Assembly (NCBI RefSeq): GCF_002571385.2 | Contig: NW_019217818.1 | Location: forward strand, 401,594-465,593 | DNA from: Stylophora pistillata | Lineage: Eukaryota | Direction of reading: 5' to 3' | Length of the DNA: 64,000 bases | Shown: in pieces, positions 25,301-37,731 of the stretch | Layout: every line of letters starts with the position of its first letter | Numbering within the stretch: position 1 is the stretch's first letter | Notes under the pieces: generated by a model | Told to the model about the DNA's origin: nothing | Database searches by the model: none | What the model saw: only the letters and a program-made list of their open reading frames with translations | Translations under genes and position numbers: made by a program

Positions 25301-27843
25301 TCACCCATTGGTTGACAAGGAACAAGTTACTGGTTCACTGATTTTGCAGGTATTTAAAGAAAAGTCCTGTCACATTGAGCCATTAGATAAACCAAATGCC
25401 ATTAATTAAAAGTAAACATTCACTGAGAACAAAATTCACAAGATTCAAAGCTTAGTTCTGGGCTACAGGTAAAAAAAAAAAAAAAAAAAAACAACAACAA
25501 CAGTCAGGGTAGATATCCAAAATGAAACAGATTGAGTGATAGCTGTCAGTTTCAGAAAACAGTAGAATTTAAAAGGTGAAAAACCTTGTTTTACAAACAA
25601 TAAATTTTTAATCAAAGGACACTATTAATTATTAATAGTTCAATGAACCACATTTTTCTGTCTTTTGGTAAAAGCTCATACTTAGCATTCTGTTTGCATG
25701 TTAATGAAAGGGAACAGTCTACAGATAAAAATGAACACCTGCTGAAAGGTTGTTCCAAACACTGGACTTGTATTTAAGTACAAGCCCTTGAAACCCAAGA
25801 TAGACAAACTGTTTTGACAGGAGGAGAGCTCCTGCTGTGGTTCATGATCACAGACACAGAAAACCAGTGAACAACACAGTAAACCAGTCTTACTTGATAA
25901 CACAGGAATGATAACAAAATTTTAGCTCTGGGAAGCTGCCAGAGTTAGCTGTTTTCTTAGTGTCCAATTGAAACAACTTCTTCTAGGTCAAAAGTTGGAA
26001 CCAAAATGGCTTACATTTTTTAACATGAAGGTATGTGAAGTTGTTTTACTTTGTTTTCCACAAGTTTCACTCTGGAATCAGAACTAGTACACTTATACAG
26101 TTGGTTAACTTGCATGCAATTTATTTACATGGAGATTCCATCCTTCACTGCTTCTAAGTAGAAAAAGTTGTCATCCATGACTGGACGAGAGGAAAGAGAC
26201 AAAGCATGAAAACTCCCTTAAAACGCTCTGCTACACAAAGATAACTGTATTCACCAGCAAAAGTCAACCATCATAATCCTATTAATATCCTTTGATCTCA
26301 CTAAAATAAGAAGTTACAGCTCTGCTTTAAACAGAAATAAAAGAAAGTTATGCAACCATGTAAGAATCCAGTAGAAAAGGGTTGATCCACAAAGTCTAGG
26401 AGTATAATGAATCCCAAGGTTTACTTTTCTTTTCAAGTGTAGAAGTTGTGGAAATCTTAAGTTCTCACATGCAAAAAAAAAAATCACTTTACCTATATTG
26501 CTTCTCTAAACAGAGAGCTTTTAAAGAATCCAGGCGTCCTATGTTTCAAACTGGTACCTTGCTTAAACCGTAATCAGTTTAATTCACACACACTGATACA
26601 CCATATCCCTAAAAGCATTGGCTGCAGGTGTGTTTGCTTGCTACTCATTTCTGAAGCACAAGCTACTTCAAGTAGGCAAAGCAGTCAAACTGAATACACA
26701 GTTTATAACTCACAATAAGGCAAAAAAGATCTCTCCAAAGACAATATACAAAAGCAGATGTCTAAACAAGGAACAGGTTTTATTTCTTGCCAATATTAAT
26801 CTGAAGTAACTTTCACAAGAAATAGAAAAAGGTTATGGGTCACAACTCATAAGACTTCACCACTACCTAGGAGCTTATCCTGAATAAGGATATACATGTA
26901 GCAAGTTCACATCCAATAAAGACTGCCCCTTGCATTTTGAAACCAGAGTTGTCAGGTTCAAGAAATGTAGCACTAGTAAAGATTGCCTATTCTCAATTTT
27001 GACTTCATTTGTATAGATCTGAAATTAGTCTACAACACTGACCAAAAGATCTCTTTTTTCATGGAGAGAGTAAAACATCAAATCCTTGAAAATTTTCTTA
27101 GGACAAAGGGAAAAAGAAAAGAGTTTTGGTCTAATGAGATTACCTTCTACATAATCTATCAACTGACCCTTCAGGACCCTATCAAACATGTAAACTGCAG
27201 TTGTCCTTGTCCTTTTCTGTATCTCGTATTACTATACTTAAAAACACACCAAGTCTTCTGACCTTCAAAACGTTACAGGGATAAGTTACCCATCTCACAG
27301 AAAATAAGATTTTGCACAGGGTTTGCAAAAGTTTGTTTGTGTCCAATGACCACACTTATACACATTGGTACCCACACTTTTGACTTACAACACATTATGA
27401 GGATAAGTGATCCTTCCAAGGGAAAATGAGATTTTGCAAAGGGTTCTAAACAGTTTGTTGGAATATTGGTATTTTGTTGAAGAAATCATGCATGCAAAGC
27501 ATGCTAACCACCACGTTACATGAAGGCAAAGTTTTAAATTAGATTAGAGACTCCCAAAAATAGATCACTGTAATGTACAGATCTCGCTGTGTTAGAACCT
27601 GCAAAGATTTCTGGACACTGTCTGCAGTCATCCCGATAAGATCAAGCGACTTCTCATGTAAACCCAACTCCAGAAGTGTGTGTCCAGCTGTGTCTATACT
27701 GTGTCCAAATTATCAGAGTATGAGTATGTGAACCGCTCAAAATAAACTATGAACTTACCTAGATATCTTAACGCTGTATCCCTGAAAATATCAACGTCAG
27801 CTACCGTGATATCGGAAACATCTTGCTGCTTTTCCACCATCAT
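22351..27843 (-). CDS. MTFP1: Mitochondrial fission process protein 1 (MTP18), 3 exons
   Basis: Exons 27759-27843, 22976-23345, 22351-22438; DIFRDTALRYLGYANEFGEAFR, IWQGLASVIIPGFTINRIC, AIPFIIKPIDRLVD. Confidence 0.95.
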
Positions 27844-28165
27844 TCGACCGCCATCTTGACTTTTAATTCCATTGTCTCTCGTACAAGCCTCGTCTCCATT
27901 AACGTGATAACATCGTTTCCAGGATCATCTCGGGAATAAGCCATAGCGTTCTGACCAGCCAATCAGATTTCATGTAAACATCACAACGAGTCGATTTGTT
28001 TTGGACACAATTATGACAACGTAAATTTTGCCAAATAGTTTTCAACGTTTTCATTTGCATGCAAAGAGCTACAAAACTTAAACCAGAGGGGTTCTGTACC
28101 ATTTTCAGCGTCTTGAATTAGCAACGTTAAGTTAAAAAGTTAACATTAGGAATCAACGAAGATCG
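27844..28165. promoter_or_regulatory. Putative bidirectional promoter (MTFP1 / stathmin-like gene)
   Basis: 322 bp between divergent ATGs; CCAAT box GCCAATCAG at ~27958; YY1/TISU-like CAAGATGGCGG on the minus strand at 27848-27858. Confidence 0.65.
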
Positions 28166-31100
28166 ATGGAGACTCATTTCGAGGTTAGTCTTTCTACTAC
28201 TTCATCTCAACCTTCGAATTTCGAATTTTTAGGCATTTTCTGGAAAAAAAAAAAAGAGCTCCAGACAGATTGGAAGTGAAACATCCCATTTTGAAAATAG
28301 AGGGATGTTTTTCTCCAAAAAGTTTATGGAATCCGAAGTATCATAAATTTAATCGTGCAAAGTTGTGGCATGTTTCCAGACTTGACTTGCATACTTTCCT
28401 CGCACCAAACGCAAGTTTGCAAATTTTTTCCGTGAAAATTGCGTGGGACATAGCTCTCTCTTTTGGCTTGTCTGCAGTAAGAAAAGTCTTTCCAAGTAGT
28501 ACTTTTAATCAGATCTATCTAAAGAAGGAATTTGATTTTCTGCATACTTCGATCCGTTTATTCACCAAACACTGCAAAAATACGGAACTATTTTTAGAAA
28601 TGACTAGTGAATAACTAGTGAATGAATTTGGCCAAACAAATACCTTGAAAATTCGAACATTTCTTTTTTCTACCAGAAAGTAGGGAGATGGTGAGCTTGT
28701 AATAGATTAGCATTCCAGTTAAATAAAGAAAAGGTGTTTGGTCATAATAACGTTTCAAATGGATCACCACATTCCTTGAATGACTTAGGTCATCCTGCAC
28801 TGCTGAACAGCATATACATACTGTGCCCTTGTACACCCGTCTCACTTCCCATAAAGTCCCTGTTAGATTCTAATAAGGTATACCAGTGTCCCACCCTCGG
28901 AAGAAAATTAATTGGAAACTAATTCCTTCCTAAAACAGAGTTTGATATCTTGTACTACTAAAATAATAGGGTCAAGAATTAAAAGCTTTCACACCATCTC
29001 CATACCCAAGGTAAGAATTCATGACTCCCTGCTCCCACCCCCACTGCAAAGAATCAAAATATATTGAATGACTATTACATGATAAGCCTTCCTCTCTATC
29101 AGGCCCCTCCCCTCTCTCTTTCTCTCTCTCACACTCTTTCCCCTAAAGGAGTCCCTTTTCTAGAACATCTGGTGTTTGATAAGCTCCCCTCCTATAAATT
29201 CTTCCTCCTCTTCTCTGAAATTCTAAAATAGAAGCTTCATAGCTATAAGTTTGGGCAGTCTATAAAAGAGTTCATTGTTTGTTTCCAACAAAAGTAATGC
29301 CCTAAAAAAAAAACAAACAAACAAACAAACCACGAACTACCAGCACATATTAGCCTTTAAATATGTAAATAACTAGACTGTAATGACTTATCACAATTAC
29401 TGGTAGACCCTGTAGTTTACATAATGTTTGGGCTAAGGTCTTTTTATAGATTCTCTCCTGTAGCTGCTCAATATTTCCTGTCAAATAAGTTATGAGAATT
29501 TGGTGTTTGATCAAGATAACAAGTTTTACCTGATAAGTTTGAGTATTCTCATTACTCATTGACTTGATAATGTATGGAGATTACAGGAGAATTTAAATTT
29601 TAATCATTCTGTCGATAAAAGGGTTATTATAAAGTAAGCTCCCCTCTCTAAAAAGCCTTCCATCTGGAGAACCTGAAAATTAACAAGGCCTTTAGGGTGC
29701 TTATTAAAGCATCTATGGCTAAAAATTTAGCATAAATATTTAACCCAAAATTTATATTCTGTACTTTAATATATAAACATTTTAATTTCAGAATGGGAAC
29801 AACAAGAAGGAAGAGACAATAACACACGATACTATTCAAAATAACGAGCAATCACCTGAGGATAACACAAAATGGAGAGGAGACTCTGGTGAAACTTCAA
29901 ATGGCTGTAGAAAAATATTAACAACAAGCAGGGTTACCAATGCTGTTGCCTTCCACATTCCCACAGGGAAACCAGTTTGTAGGCCACCACCAAAGCGTTT
30001 TTGTGACCAAACCACAGAAAGAGAAAACATAAGCCTTGAAAGGCTCACAGAGAAACAAAGAATGGCTGAAAGACGAAAGAGAGTAAGTTGACTATTAAAT
30101 AACATTGCTATGTTAAGATATGGGTTTGATTCAATGGATTCATTACAGACTTAAGGCTTGTGGATATGCATGTCTTTTAACAAACATCAGTTTTTACTTG
30201 TTCTGTTAAAAATATTTAATTTCTTAATTTGGGTATGTGGAATATTTCAATACGGACACATTTGAATCTGTCAAATGTTCTTTAAATCAATTAATCAAGT
30301 AGTTTGAGATGCACCGGCTCTGACGAAGGGCTAACACTTGAAATGCCAGCTGTTAAACTCTTTATGGTGGCCAAAGTTTTACCTTATCAACTCAGTTGAT
30401 TAAAGTAAATTACTTTAGTTTGAGATGCAGTATAATAAATGAGATCTAACCAATTACAGTCCATGCACTTCTCTGAGCTGTTTTTTGTCAATAATTGTTG
30501 CTCATGTAGTGTGAAGATCTGACTGACTGACTGACAGTAATTACATTACAAAACCTAAACAGAAGTCATCATCTATTGTATTTATTTGATAAAGGGCCCA
30601 CCTCTGATAAGATCCCACTCCCCCACCCCTCCCCCCCAAAAAAACCTGAAATGCAGAACAGGAGTACTGACTATTTCTTTGAATCACAATTCACTGTCTA
30701 TTATTGGTACATCTTTATGTTTAGTTACTAGGTACTACATGCTGAAAATAGACATGAAAATTTCATAAGTGCTCACTTTGAATAACCACCAACTCTCAAG
30801 GTTAAAAAATTTGAAAAGGGCCTGGCTATGAGTGGTACTTTACCAAATTAATTTAGAACAAAGCTGGCAAAGTCATGCAATCAAATTCATTATACATAAA
30901 GCGTGCTCAAAATCCGGATAGTGCTCGCTGATAGCGTCAGCAAATCCGACTTCGCCAGAATTTTTTTTTTTCGCGCAAGTGGCCATTGCTAGCACGGGGA
31001 AAAATAATATATATCACGACAATAATGGATACAAACAGAAACTCGGCCTACTAGTCCGAAAACGAAGACAATGTTTGGACCTTTTCCCTTGGGCTAGAGT

Positions 31101-32733
31101 TCTTAAATGAGGCAGAAAAAGAAAAAAACAAAGGAAAAGGAGACTCGGCATCAGCGCCATCACGATTCGCTTCAACTGATACTGTTGTTCATTTTTCACG
31201 TCGGATTTGATGCACAATTCCACTGGCTATGTTCTAAAACAATTGGTTCATGCTTTCAGCTGTGCACTATCGAGTTATGGAGCACGTGGGAAGTTTGGAG
31301 AGCACTCAAGAAGCTAGACTTGCCCTCGGCTATCACCTCGGGCAACTCTTACACTTCTTTCGTGTTCTCCAAACTTCCCGCGTGCTCCATAACTCGATAG
31401 TGCACGCTAAAGCATGAACCAATTGTTAAACAGTATGTCCAGGAGCTGGCTACCTGTACCCACATTGTCTTAACACCACTGCATGACCACAGTTCTTTTT
31501 AGGATATCTATTACAATGACTATCACTCTCCATGACTGACTTTTACCCTTCTGGTTTATACCATTTACTGCAAACCTAATTTTATATTCATCTTTACAGC
31601 AACAAGTGGAACAGAGACTTAAAAGAATCCATGATCGACAAGAAGCTGCTCGAAAGCTTGCACACAATGTTGAACTTCTCCTACAGCAGAAGTCTCTGGT
31701 AGATGCTGGGAGAGGCCCCAGTCATGACACACCCAAAATGACATCTTCTGAACTTCTTGCTACAGCCTGTCATGTTGTAAAAGATTTTAGAACTTTGACA
31801 TCTCAAATGACAAAAGATCTTGCTGTAGATGACAAAAACAATAACTTATCAAAAGATCATCCACCACTGGTCAAATCCAAAGATCAGAAGGAAAAACAAG
31901 CATGTTTGAAAACTTCATCTGTTGATGACACCAACAAGAGCATTGCATTTACTGTCGGATTTGATGAAGAAAGGCAGCCTCTATCTCCAGTGCCCAAAGT
32001 TTTACAGAAGACACACAGGAAGGACAGAAGTAAACTCACTGCTCAAGAACTAGATGAAAAGCAGAGAAGGGCCATGGAAAGACGGAATGTAAGCCAATGC
32101 ACTTAACCCTTTTACTCCCAAGATGTGTTCATTAATTCTTCCCCCTAGCTGCTACAGTACATTTCTTAATAAATTATGTATTGAGAAAAATTATGAAATT
32201 GGTGTTAAATCGAGATAACAACCTCCACACTTGAATATTCCCATTACGTTTTCTGGATGATGTATGGATATTACAGGGAAAAGTTACATGTCAATCAATT
32301 CTGGTGGTTAAAGGGTTAAAGAAATGTTAAGAAAGCATACTAGCACCTCCCTGTTGGGATAAAAGTCAGCTCTGCTATATGCAAAGAATGACTCAAAACA
32401 TTGTGTAGGAATTAAGAGATGTCTAAATCTTGAAAATCAAAACTTAAAATTTATTTCCTTCACTTCCAGAAAAGACAAGAGGAAAGAGTCAAGAGGGTTG
32501 TAGCTAACCGTGAAGCTCTGTTCAAGTTGGCCTCTGACCTGGAGACATTCATGATATGGAACAATGCTGAAGGAAATGACTTAAGGACATGTAATGATGG
32601 AGAACAAACGCATCAGGCAGCTCAGTTAGCAAGTGAAATTGCTGATAGTTTTGATAGATTGAGTCAAAGGTATTCACGAGATTTGAAGCAGGCTGAGGGT
32701 TTTCCAAGTGGTTTGTGGGGAATTAAGCAATAA
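28166..32733 (+). CDS. Uncharacterised ~353-aa protein with two tandem stathmin-like modules, 4 exons
   Basis: Exons 28166-28183 (METHFE, least certain), 29792-30082, 31600-32088, 32470-32733; all phase 0 GT-AG and open; motifs AVAFHIP..PPPKRF..SLERLTEKQRMAERRK and SIAFTVG..PVPKVL..TAQELDEKQRRAMERR. Confidence 0.75.
30314..30415 (+). mobile_element. 102-bp solo Penelope pLTR insertion with decayed hammerhead
   Basis: 14-bp TSD TAGTTTGAGATGCA (30300-30313 and 30416-30429); CTGACGA-A-GGGCTAACACTT-GAAAT-GCC. Confidence 0.85.
30890..31427. mobile_element. Crypton/Eulor-like element with 190-bp terminal hairpin (31238-31427)
   Basis: AACAATTGGTTCATGCTTT...AAAGCATGAACCAATTGTT palindrome, loop CTCGGCTATCACCTCGGG; relative at 56723-56911. 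Confidence 0.7.
32103..32319. mobile_element. piggyBac-like MITE (~215 bp); representative of ~14 copies in the window
   Basis: TTAA|CCCTTT...AAAGGG|TTAA. Related copies near 527-690, 14262-14470, 16989-17100, 21245-22015, 22640-22845, 23870-24205 (two), 29440-29627, 40258-40470, 41462-41665, 43236-43435, 57585-57865, 63200-63392. Confidence 0.8.
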
Positions 32734-34535
32734 TTAATTAGTCTCTGATCATGAGTGGACTGAAAAGGTTTCTGTAAATTGATTTTTGCTACGGGGTTGT
32801 CAGATTTTGTAATTGTGTGAATGACTTCAGACCAAATTGCACTTAACTCAGTTCAATTACAAATAATTATATTATATTCTGCTTAACAACTAAGATCACT
32901 AAGATTTTAGGATTGAGTTTTGACTGAGGTCAAATTAACTGACCTTGTAATATTCTAAGACAAAACAAAAGTGTGTAGTGAGTGTGCAGTTAAAATGTTA
33001 TTTCCACATGTTTTCTAAAAGTTTCATGTATGCAAAAATGTTACTGTGAAACTCAAACAACAGTAAACCACAGAAACATTTAAGTAATGTTTATTATTGT
33101 GGAGACTGTGTTGCTTAATTATCTCTCTTGGTGTCTAGCTCACTTCAGGATTGAGTTTTTGACACTAGTCAAATTAACCAAGCTAATTTTGTTGAAAAAC
33201 AAGAGAAGTGAGTAAAGAAACAAGTGAGTAGTGAGTATTTACTATAAAAGTTTCAGTCCTACAAGCATGCAGGAATGTTCAATTTATTTTACATTACATT
33301 GTTTAAAATCATGCTTCCTATTGACCATCCAAAGCCTTTTAAGTTTTATTCCTTTCAGGCCTCTGATAGAACTATATATTTACCATCTTATTTACAATGT
33401 ATACAATAGGTGTAAAAATGTGAATACGATCTTGCTAAACGTTGAAGTTTTATACAGTTGAGGATGAGGTACTGCACACTATAGTAATAGGATTTCTTTA
33501 GCCTCTGTGAACTCAAATTAGTATTAATGTTTGATGTACATAACGATCCTCTAAATCCATGCACCAAGGTAAATCACAAGCAACAAAGAACTAGTGTTGA
33601 GAATGACACAATAATTTGATAACTTTAACCTTAATTGGAAGCTTAGTTCTTCATAACTGTATAAAGTACATTGCCCCCTGTAAGTTGAAAATTCCCCCCC
33701 TCTCAAGTCACTTAAGACAAGTGTTGAATTTTTCAAAATAAAAAATCAAAATTTTATTCTCAAATTTGTACTGAAGTTTTCCTTCCAAACCTACATCTGT
33801 ATTAAAAGGAGAAGTATATTCTAGAAATCAAGTAACTTTTGTCACTACCATTCTAAAGAATACCTGAAATTATGGCTTTTGCATTCTGAGACTTTAGAGA
33901 GTGACTAACTCTCCTGACATTCATTTCAAATGTACTAAAAATTCAACTACATCTGTAATTAAAAAAACAACAACAACAACTCAGTAACCTAGCTTAATAA
34001 GCAAATTCCCAAACAGCAGCTGCTCTGGTTATTACCAGAAAAGCATCACTATTTGGGTCAAAAATACTTTCTTCTTCTTCCATTGCTCCTAACTGTTAAA
34101 AGAGTCTACCAAAAGATGAAGTGAAGAACGGAAAGACTTTATTTCATCACAAGTAGATGGCTTGAGTGCTAAGGAAGACTTTTGTTTGCTTCTCTTTCCA
34201 TTCAATGTTGCCTGGTGTAAACAAAATGGTACCTTACTTATTGCAACATTATTTGAAAAGGGAGGTTAATGAGAGGTTAATTACAATATAGTACCTGATT
34301 GGCTCATCTACTATTTTTCATTGTTGGTGTATATGCATGCTCTCTTGGTCATTTCCTTTGTTTGGTCAAACTTGGTATTGAAGAATGTATTTTAATGTCT
34401 ATTTACCTCCCACCTAAATTAGCTTCACTATTTTGTAGGTGGGGATTGTTAGAATGCTACATTGTTAAGATAAAGAAATTTTGTTGTTGTTGTTGCTGAT
34501 TTCCGTTTACAGTGTGCACCTACTATTTTTGCCAC

Positions 34536-37500
34536 TCATTCATTTGTCACTCGATTTTTTAGTTTATCAGGTCCCCATGATTCAAAAAGATTCTCTTCAT
34601 TGCTATCCAGTTCATCGTAAACAGTTGATATAATTCTTTTAACTTTTGGTCGTTTCGCATGTCGCTGTAACTTCTCACCATAGTAACCCAAGCCTCGCTT
34701 ACACTTTGGTAATTGTCCTTCAGCAAAAACAGGTTCTGTTATACCTTTCTGGGATGAACCAAGGCTTCCTCCTTCTCTCCAGCCTTGCTTTCTCAATATT
34801 TGGCTTCCAAATCCTTTTGTATGTTTCTCAAACCCTCCTATTTTATTTAAGTCAATATCATTTCCTTTCCTCCATTGCTTTTCTACTCGCATCTGGAGAA
34901 GATCTCTGGAGTCTTTGTCGCCTCCGCCTGCAAGCAAAAGAATAATTTACTTTTTATAAGCTTTAGAGTGGCCCCTACAGCTTGAAAAAGTTTGGTTGGC
35001 TAAATTTTATGGAGATTATTCTTTTCTTGTTAGTAGCACTGTGACACAAGCATTTCTTACCTGCAAGAGAGTCTCACTCCTTCTGTAAAGTGAGCTAGTG
35101 AGAGGTCTGGTGCTAACAATGCCAGTCAGCTGGCAAACCTCTCCTTGACTCACCTCATATCTTTTGAAAGAGAAATGGTATACTGACCAGTAAAACATTA
35201 GGAAAAGTAGGAATCTTTTATTTCTGTATTAGTTTCAGTAACTCCCCTATGAGAATGGGCTCTCATAAGCGACCAAAGTTATTATAAAAAATAGAGGGTG
35301 GTCGCTTACGAGAGCTTTTAGATCTTTATCAACACATTACATGTAGTAGTGCAGTGTATTGTATTTTTATTAAAGTGTTGACATACGTAGACCAGGCCCT
35401 TTGAGGTGGTGGTGGTTGCTTACAGGAACTGTCACTCACAAGAGCTTTCTATTAGAGAGTTTAAGTGACATTGAAATGTGGGTGGTTGTAGCCAGAGCTG
35501 GTTGCTTACAAGAGTGGTTGCAAGGAGAGCGTGGACTGTATTTTAAGTGGTATCAGTTTTTGAAAGTAAAGTTTGCATCATTGTATTAACAGTCATACCT
35601 GGATTTTCATAAATTTCCATATCTACATCCCAATCATCTGCAGTTTCCTCATCAAAGTCTGCTTCATCTTGTTGTTTCCAGAAGGCTGCATCAGTATAAA
35701 AGACAAGCCCACTTCCACCTTTCTCCCACTTCAGTTCAATATCCTCTTCAAATAATCTCTCTTTAGTGCGTTCTTGACTAGTGACATCATTGTGCAATGA
35801 TTCATGTCTCTCCCATTCCTCGACATCCCTCTCATCATCATCATCATCACCACCACTGACATCAACCACATAAATATCTTTCCTCTCAGAAACATTTTCC
35901 ACATTATCCCGTTCAGAACTTTGCATTTTTGAACTATCAGGAGTTGACAAAGAGCTGTCTTTGAGTGAATCACTTTTCTTTGCATCCCTTCCCAAATGGT
36001 GGTCTTTATCGTTTGGTCCTGAACTCAAAAGAACCCTTCCTTTTTCCAGGCTTGTGTAATTCAGTGGAACATTGCTGTACTTCTTTTTGGACTTTCCCAT
36101 AGAAAAATTAAGATCTAGTTTTTTTATTACATGAGGAGGCAGTTTGCAAGTTCTTATCAACTCCTTAAATACAGACAAGGGTGTTCCAACATTGCCATTG
36201 GGCATCAGAGGAGGAGGATGAAGCTCTATCATTTCCCTGAGGTCATGTTGTGAAAACTCTAAGTTTGTCCTTGGAGAAGGATTCTGTTTTTTGTCTTGTT
36301 TTGTTCTATAAAGGTCTTCTGCAGAACCTAAGAAAAAGAAGGGAAATGCTGAAGTGAGAGAACAAATTCAAAGTGTTCTGCATGAGTTAAGAACTAAAAT
36401 AATTTTATTAATAAGATGCCAGAAAGGTTCAAGTGGGGAGAGGACCTTAATTGAATATACAAATTTATTTGGAGTTGGTGATTCAGTCTTTGTAGGGTGA
36501 CAATTTCATAGCTAAATATTTGACATTGTTTAAATGTTAACATTTCAAACATGAGTACTTGGTCACTGTGCTGTGACAAGTATCATGCAAAGCACATCTC
36601 TTTCAATGTATCTTATTCTCTGAGAAGTTAAGCAACTACTGTATTTCATCTGGCAGACAAAAACCTTCAAATTTTTGTGATTTCCTGATTTCTTTGAACT
36701 GGAAAAGACTGAAGCTTCCTCTAACTTTTAAGATGCAAACAATGACTGTGTTATACACCGAGTGCAAATATGGCGTCCAATTTGAGTTGCCATTGTTCTG
36801 GACTCACTAGCCTCTCATGTGATGTAATAATCCTTTTGTGTTTCCACGTGAAGACGAGGCTAGTGAGTCCAGAACAATGGCAATTCAAAAATGGATGCTA
36901 TATTTGCATTCGGTGTATAGTGTGTCCATTTCATGATTGAAATTGTTGAAGACAGCAAATTTCAATAAGTTGTAATAAGGAGGTCTGATTTTTTCAAGAC
37001 ATCCACGGCTCTGAGTTTTTCAGGGGTCTGGGGTCTGAGACTTTGTGACATCCCTAATGATAAGCCAAAATATCTAGCTATAGATCCAATGTAAAGGTTA
37101 GCCCTGCATGAAAGGCAAGGCTGGCATGATTACATCAAGTAATCCCTCAATGTAATGAAATTAAGGGTTACATTAACACCAACCTTCTCCTTCTTTAACT
37201 CTGATTTTTGATATAAATGCCTTAGAAGGGAAATATTTTCCATTTCGGTCAACCCAGTTCTTGCCATGATAACAATTAATTAGGTCTTGAAGCTTCTCCT
37301 TTAAGATAAATATAACGCAGCACGTGGTCGAGGGCGTCTTGATTTCTTTATCTTCACCATTAGAGCCCGCCCCATGTCTGAACTCAGGCCGATGACGGAA
37401 ATGAAAACACTTGAAACCCTTCGATTCGTCGTTGATGAAGTTAGAAAACATTGCTCGCAAATCAGAAGAGCGAAATTCTTTCGGAATGTTACTAACAATT

Positions 37501-37556
37501 GCATAGCAACCCTCCTCTTCTTTATCAGCCAAATTTTTCTCACGTAAGTCTTCCAT
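34536..37556 (-). CDS. GPATCH3: G-patch domain-containing protein 3, 3 exons, ~497 aa
   Basis: Exons 37184-37556, 35599-36327, 34536-34927; FKCFHFRHRPE, EEWERHESLHNDV..WEKGGSGLVFYTDA, G-patch FEKHTKGFGSQILRKQGWREGGSLG. Confidence 0.95.
36753..36919. mobile_element. Palindromic MITE (~65-bp arms)
   Basis: TATACACCGAGTGCAAATAT...GACTCACTAGCCTC / GAGGCTAGTGAGTC...ATATTTGCATTCGGTGTATA. Confidence 0.75.
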
Positions 37557-37731
37557 AGCTAGAAATTTCGCGACAAAACAGATGTTCAAATTTCGCTGAA
37601 GCGCGCCGCCATCTTGTTTACAGTTACCGAAAAGGGTTATGGGTATTTGTATGTTGGTAGCCTGGCCTGCCCTTAGTTACAAGTAAATAATTATCTAATT
37701 TGTAGCTTCGAACAGTGAAAACAGCAACATA
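37557..37731. promoter_or_regulatory. Bidirectional promoter GPATCH3/MORN3
   Basis: Only 175 bp between divergent ATGs; perfect TISU/YY1 motif CAAGATGGCGGC on the minus strand at 37605-37616. Confidence 0.75.

Noticed and set aside
32905-33230. Short duplicated segments downstream of the stathmin-like gene (and ~120-bp duplication at 27280-27460)
   Set aside because: Degenerate local tandem duplications without further structure.
37620-37731. RFX X-box expected for a ciliary gene promoter
   Set aside because: Only half-site-like matches; not supportable by eye.
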